From assembly GCA_035285125.1 (NCBI GenBank), contig JAYKHR010000162.1, positions 1 through 48,784 of the forward strand: a DNA stretch of 48,784 nucleotides, written 5' to 3'. Made by a program: the position numbers and the translations under genes. The notes under the pieces are model-generated. The model made no database searches and was not told the origin of the DNA. It saw only the letters and a list, made by a program, of their open reading frames with translations. This DNA comes from Candidatus Sericytochromatia bacterium (GTDB lineage Bacteria > Cyanobacteriota > Sericytochromatia > S15B-MN24 > JAQBPE01). This document shows, piece by piece, positions 45,940 through 48,784 of the stretch (within the stretch, counting starts at the first letter, position 1; each line of letters opens with the position of its first letter).

Positions 45940-47904
45940 ATGCCCCGCGTCACCGCTAAACCCCTCGTCTGGTTGCTTGAAGAGGCCACACCCGATGTGG
46001 CCCTGTTGATGCACCAGATCGAGCGCACGGCCGCCGGCCAGGCAGACGTCCGGCGGGTGACCTACACCGAGGCGCTCCGCGAGCTGCCCCGGGCCCTGGC
46101 GCACGCACCGCTGGCCGCCATCGTCGTCTTCTCGGTGACGAACCTCCAGAACCTGGCGGCCCTGGTGAAGGGCCTGCCCCAGCCGCAGCCGCGGCTTTGC
46201 TTTTGGCCGCCCAACTTCGAGGCTGTCGCGCTGCTGCGGCACGCCGGGCGCTGGCCTGAGGCCGTCTGCGTGGTCGCGCGCCATGCCGGCGAGGCTGCGG
46301 TGCTGGCCTCGGCGGGGTTCCGGCCCGAAGCGATCGTGCGGGTGCAGGGAGACGTCGTGACCGCGGCCCTCTCGGAAGCCGATGGGCCGCGTCCGCTGCG
46401 CGTGGGCTGTGCCTGGTACAACATGGCGCAACCGCAGCGCGACCAGCTGGTGCCGGTGTTGAAGCGTTGGCTCGCCCGCCAGCCCGAGGCCTGCGAGTGG
46501 CACGTGTTCTGCCTGCCGGGCGACGAGCCGCCGGAGGAGTTGCTCCAGGTCGTGCGCGTGAGCAGCCTGATCGCCGCAGCCGGCGCCGTCGAGACCCCCC
46601 TCGCGCTCGACGTCTGGCTCACGGACCCGTGGTGGCCTGAAGCCTTTCCGCGGCCCTGGACAGCGCCCGTCGTGATCCCCCTGCCGCCTGGCGGGGTGCT
46701 TGGACGCAGCGACTGGGTCGAGGCCTTGCAGGCCTTGCTCGACCTGGGAGAGCCATCCGGCTGGCACGAGGACCTGTTGTGGAGCTGGGCGTCGAGCCAC
46801 GTCTGGCGCCTGATGCTGCGCGCGGAGGGGGCCGACGAGCCGCGAGCCGGGGAGCTGGCCGCGGGCGCGGCCCCTGATCTGGCCCCCCTCGTGCACGAGC
46901 GCACGCGCTGGCAGGCCTGGCTCGACCAGGCCCGGCAGGCGTGGCCGCACCGGCTCGAGGACCCCCACTTCGACGCGGAGCTGGCCTACTACTTCTGGCT
47001 CTACGACTACCGTGTCGAGGTGAGCTGGAGCCACGCCCTCTGGTCTGCCCTGCAGCAGGCGCGTGACGGAGAGCGCCACGCGGTGCTCATGGCCCTCAAC
47101 GCGCTGCGGTTGCACCATACGGGGGGCTCCTGGCTGTTCAAGCGGCTCCTTGCCCGGACGCCGCTCGGTCGGCCTCCCGCGGGGCCGAGGCGTCTGGGCT
47201 GGCCGTTCTGGCTGCGCTTTGCGCTCGGTCGGCCGTGGCTGCTGCTGGCCTTCGCCCGAGAGCTCTGGTTCACGGGCCGGGACCCCGAGGCGGACCCGAT
47301 GCGGGTCGGGCGGGAGGTGGCCCGCGCTGCGCTGGAGACGGCCGCCGTCCAGATCGTCAGACGCAACGAGCCCGCCCCGCTCGAGGGGCTGCCGACGATC
47401 TACCTCGTCAGCCACCGCCACGGCGACCTGGACCCGTTCTTGCTGCTGCACGCCTTGCCCCAGCGGGTGGCCGTCGTGGTGGGGCCGCGGGCGCAGCGCT
47501 GGCCGCTGATCAACCGCCTGTCACGGTCGCCCTCGTTCGTGCTGACGGGGCGGGAGCGTGGTGTCGTGATCGCTGACGCCATCGCCTCCGTGCGGGCCAA
47601 CCTCGCCCTGGCGCTGTACCCCGAGGTCACGGAGCCGAGCTACCTCGGGGAGGGCGCGCCGGCCCGCAGCGGCCTGCTCTGGATCCTCCAGGCGCTCGAG
47701 CATGTTCAGCTCATCCCGGTGCTGCTCGATGACGCGTTCCTGATCGGCCCTGGGGGAGGCCAGGTGGACCTCTGGTTCGGGCCGCCGCTGACGTGCAACC
47801 CCGAGACCAGCGCGACCATGCTCAACCGTGTGCGGATGTTCTTCCACCGCCACGTGCAGCGCATCAACGCCCTCGACGAGGGCCCGCCGCCGCCGTCAGC
47901 CTGA
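45940..47904 (+). CDS. Protein with C-terminal PlsC-like acyltransferase domain and large unknown N-terminal region
   Basis: SHRHGDLD (HxxxxD), LYPEVT (FPEGT-like) and IPV...FGPP motifs. Confidence 0.75.
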   Translation: MPRVTAKPLVWLLEEATPDVALLMHQIERTAAGQADVRRVTYTEALRELPRALAHAPLAAIVVFSVTNLQNLAALVKGLPQPQPRLCFWPPNFEAVALLRHAGRWPEAVCVVARHAGEAAVLASAGFRPEAIVRVQGDVVTAALSEADGPRPLRVGCAWYNMAQPQRDQLVPVLKRWLARQPEACEWHVFCLPGDEPPEELLQVVRVSSLIAAAGAVETPLALDVWLTDPWWPEAFPRPWTAPVVIPLPPGGVLGRSDWVEALQALLDLGEPSGWHEDLLWSWASSHVWRLMLRAEGADEPRAGELAAGAAPDLAPLVHERTRWQAWLDQARQAWPHRLEDPHFDAELAYYFWLYDYRVEVSWSHALWSALQQARDGERHAVLMALNALRLHHTGGSWLFKRLLARTPLGRPPAGPRRLGWPFWLRFALGRPWLLLAFARELWFTGRDPEADPMRVGREVARAALETAAVQIVRRNEPAPLEGLPTIYLVSHRHGDLDPFLLLHALPQRVAVVVGPRAQRWPLINRLSRSPSFVLTGRERGVVIADAIASVRANLALALYPEVTEPSYLGEGAPARSGLLWILQALEHVQLIPVLLDDAFLIGPGGGQVDLWFGPPLTCNPETSATMLNRVRMFFHRHVQRINALDEGPPPPSA

Positions 47905-47943
47905 CGCCCTGCCCGGGAGGCCTGGCCTCCCTGAAAGGCTGAG

Positions 47944-47971
47944 GGCCCGGGACGCCTTGGCGTCCCGGGCC
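47944..47971. terminator. Hairpin between convergent genes
   Basis: GGCCCGGGACGCC / GGCGTCCCGGGCC. Confidence 0.55.
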
Positions 47972-47993
47972 TCCTTGCTGTGGGTGGCCCGTG

Positions 47994-48784
47994 CTACTGC
48001 GCGGGACGCGTGACCTCGACCTGCGCGGCCGGGGGTTGCACGCCGGCCACCCCGCGGCGCTCTTCAATGCGCTTGAGGAAGGCCGCAAGCTCGGCCTTGC
48101 GAGCGGCCACGCGCTGCTCGGCCCGGCCCTTGAGGGCCTCTTCCTCCGAGACCTCGCCATTCTTGTCGGTGTCGAACCGCTGCCACATCCCGACTTCCTT
48201 GCCGTCGAGGGCGTTGTCCTCGTTGAGGTCGGCCTTCTTGAAGTCGGCCTTGTCGGCCGCAGCGGCGTCTGCCTCCTGCTTCTTGCGGAAGGCCTTGTAC
48301 TCGTCGAGCGTGACCTTGGTGGCGTTGGGGTTGGCCTTCTTGTAGTCGGCCGGGATCTCCGTGCCAGTGAGGGCGCCGTTGCCCGTGATGTCGCGGGCCT
48401 TGAACTCGGCCTCGAGCTCCGCGTCGGTGATCGCCGGGGCGCCGCCGCCCTGGGCCTTGCGGTCGCCGTCGCGGCCCTTCAGGAACTCCATCAGGTCGAG
48501 CTTGCCGTCCTTGTTGAGGTCGTACTTCTGATGCTCGGCGCGGATCTCCTTGCCGTCGAGGAAGTTGTCCTCGTTCAGGTCCATCTTCGCGAAGAGCTCC
48601 TTGTCGGCCTTGACCTCGGCCGTGTCGCCGGTGCCGGGGCCGGTGCCGCCGATGGGATCGTTGCCGAAGAGGTTCTCTTCGGGCTTGGTCCGCCACTGCT
48701 CGATGAACTTGTCGACGGCGGCCTTGTCCTTGGGGCTGCCGACGAGCTTGCCGTCGCGGCCGACCAGGTCGTTGTCGCCGTTCT
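47994..48784 (-). CDS. Multi-EF-hand calcium-binding protein, C-terminal part (5' end lies outside the window)
   Basis: Loops DLNEDNFLDGKE, DLNKDGKLDLME, DITGNGALTGTE and DTDKNGEVSEEE. The frame is open to the window edge. Confidence 0.85.
   Translation of the reverse strand, partial: NGDNDLVGRDGKLVGSPKDKAAVDKFIEQWRTKPEENLFGNDPIGGTGPGTGDTAEVKADKELFAKMDLNEDNFLDGKEIRAEHQKYDLNKDGKLDLMEFLKGRDGDRKAQGGGAPAITDAELEAEFKARDITGNGALTGTEIPADYKKANPNATKVTLDEYKAFRKKQEADAAAADKADFKKADLNEDNALDGKEVGMWQRFDTDKNGEVSEEEALKGRAEQRVAARKAELAAFLKRIEERRGVAGVQPPAAQVEVTRPAQ

Overview
High-GC (roughly 70% by eye) bacterial chromosome segment with about 45 CDSs and one tRNA-Phe(GAA). I saw no CRISPR array, transposase or integrase. 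The lipoprotein repeat style and a ChlP-like gene tentatively suggest a non-photosynthetic Cyanobacteriota relative such as Ca. Sericytochromatia (inference only). Ordinary content includes a phosphomannomutase, glutathione peroxidase, USP, TauE, a MATE-like protein, an MBL hydrolase, ChaN, alpha/beta hydrolases, many lipoproteins and a MalT/BTAD regulator. The strongest signal is a dispersed, apparently co-regulated gene set that may form a divergent type III / flagellum-derived export system. It comprises (i) two 78%-identical small helical needle-like paralogs with a conserved hairpin leader, (ii) an inner-rod-like gene, (iii) an orphan, strongly remodelled FlgF/FlgG-like gene, (iv) a FliB/YkgJ-type Cys-cluster enzyme, and (v) several signal-peptide-less proteins, including a peptidoglycan amidase, that share a Pro-rich N-terminus with a D-x-hydrophobic motif at residue 34-39. 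Many of these genes lie behind TTAA-N7-TTAA boxes and sigma28-like promoters with an exact 11-nt spacer. No export-gate or ATPase genes are in this window, so the system remains a hypothesis.
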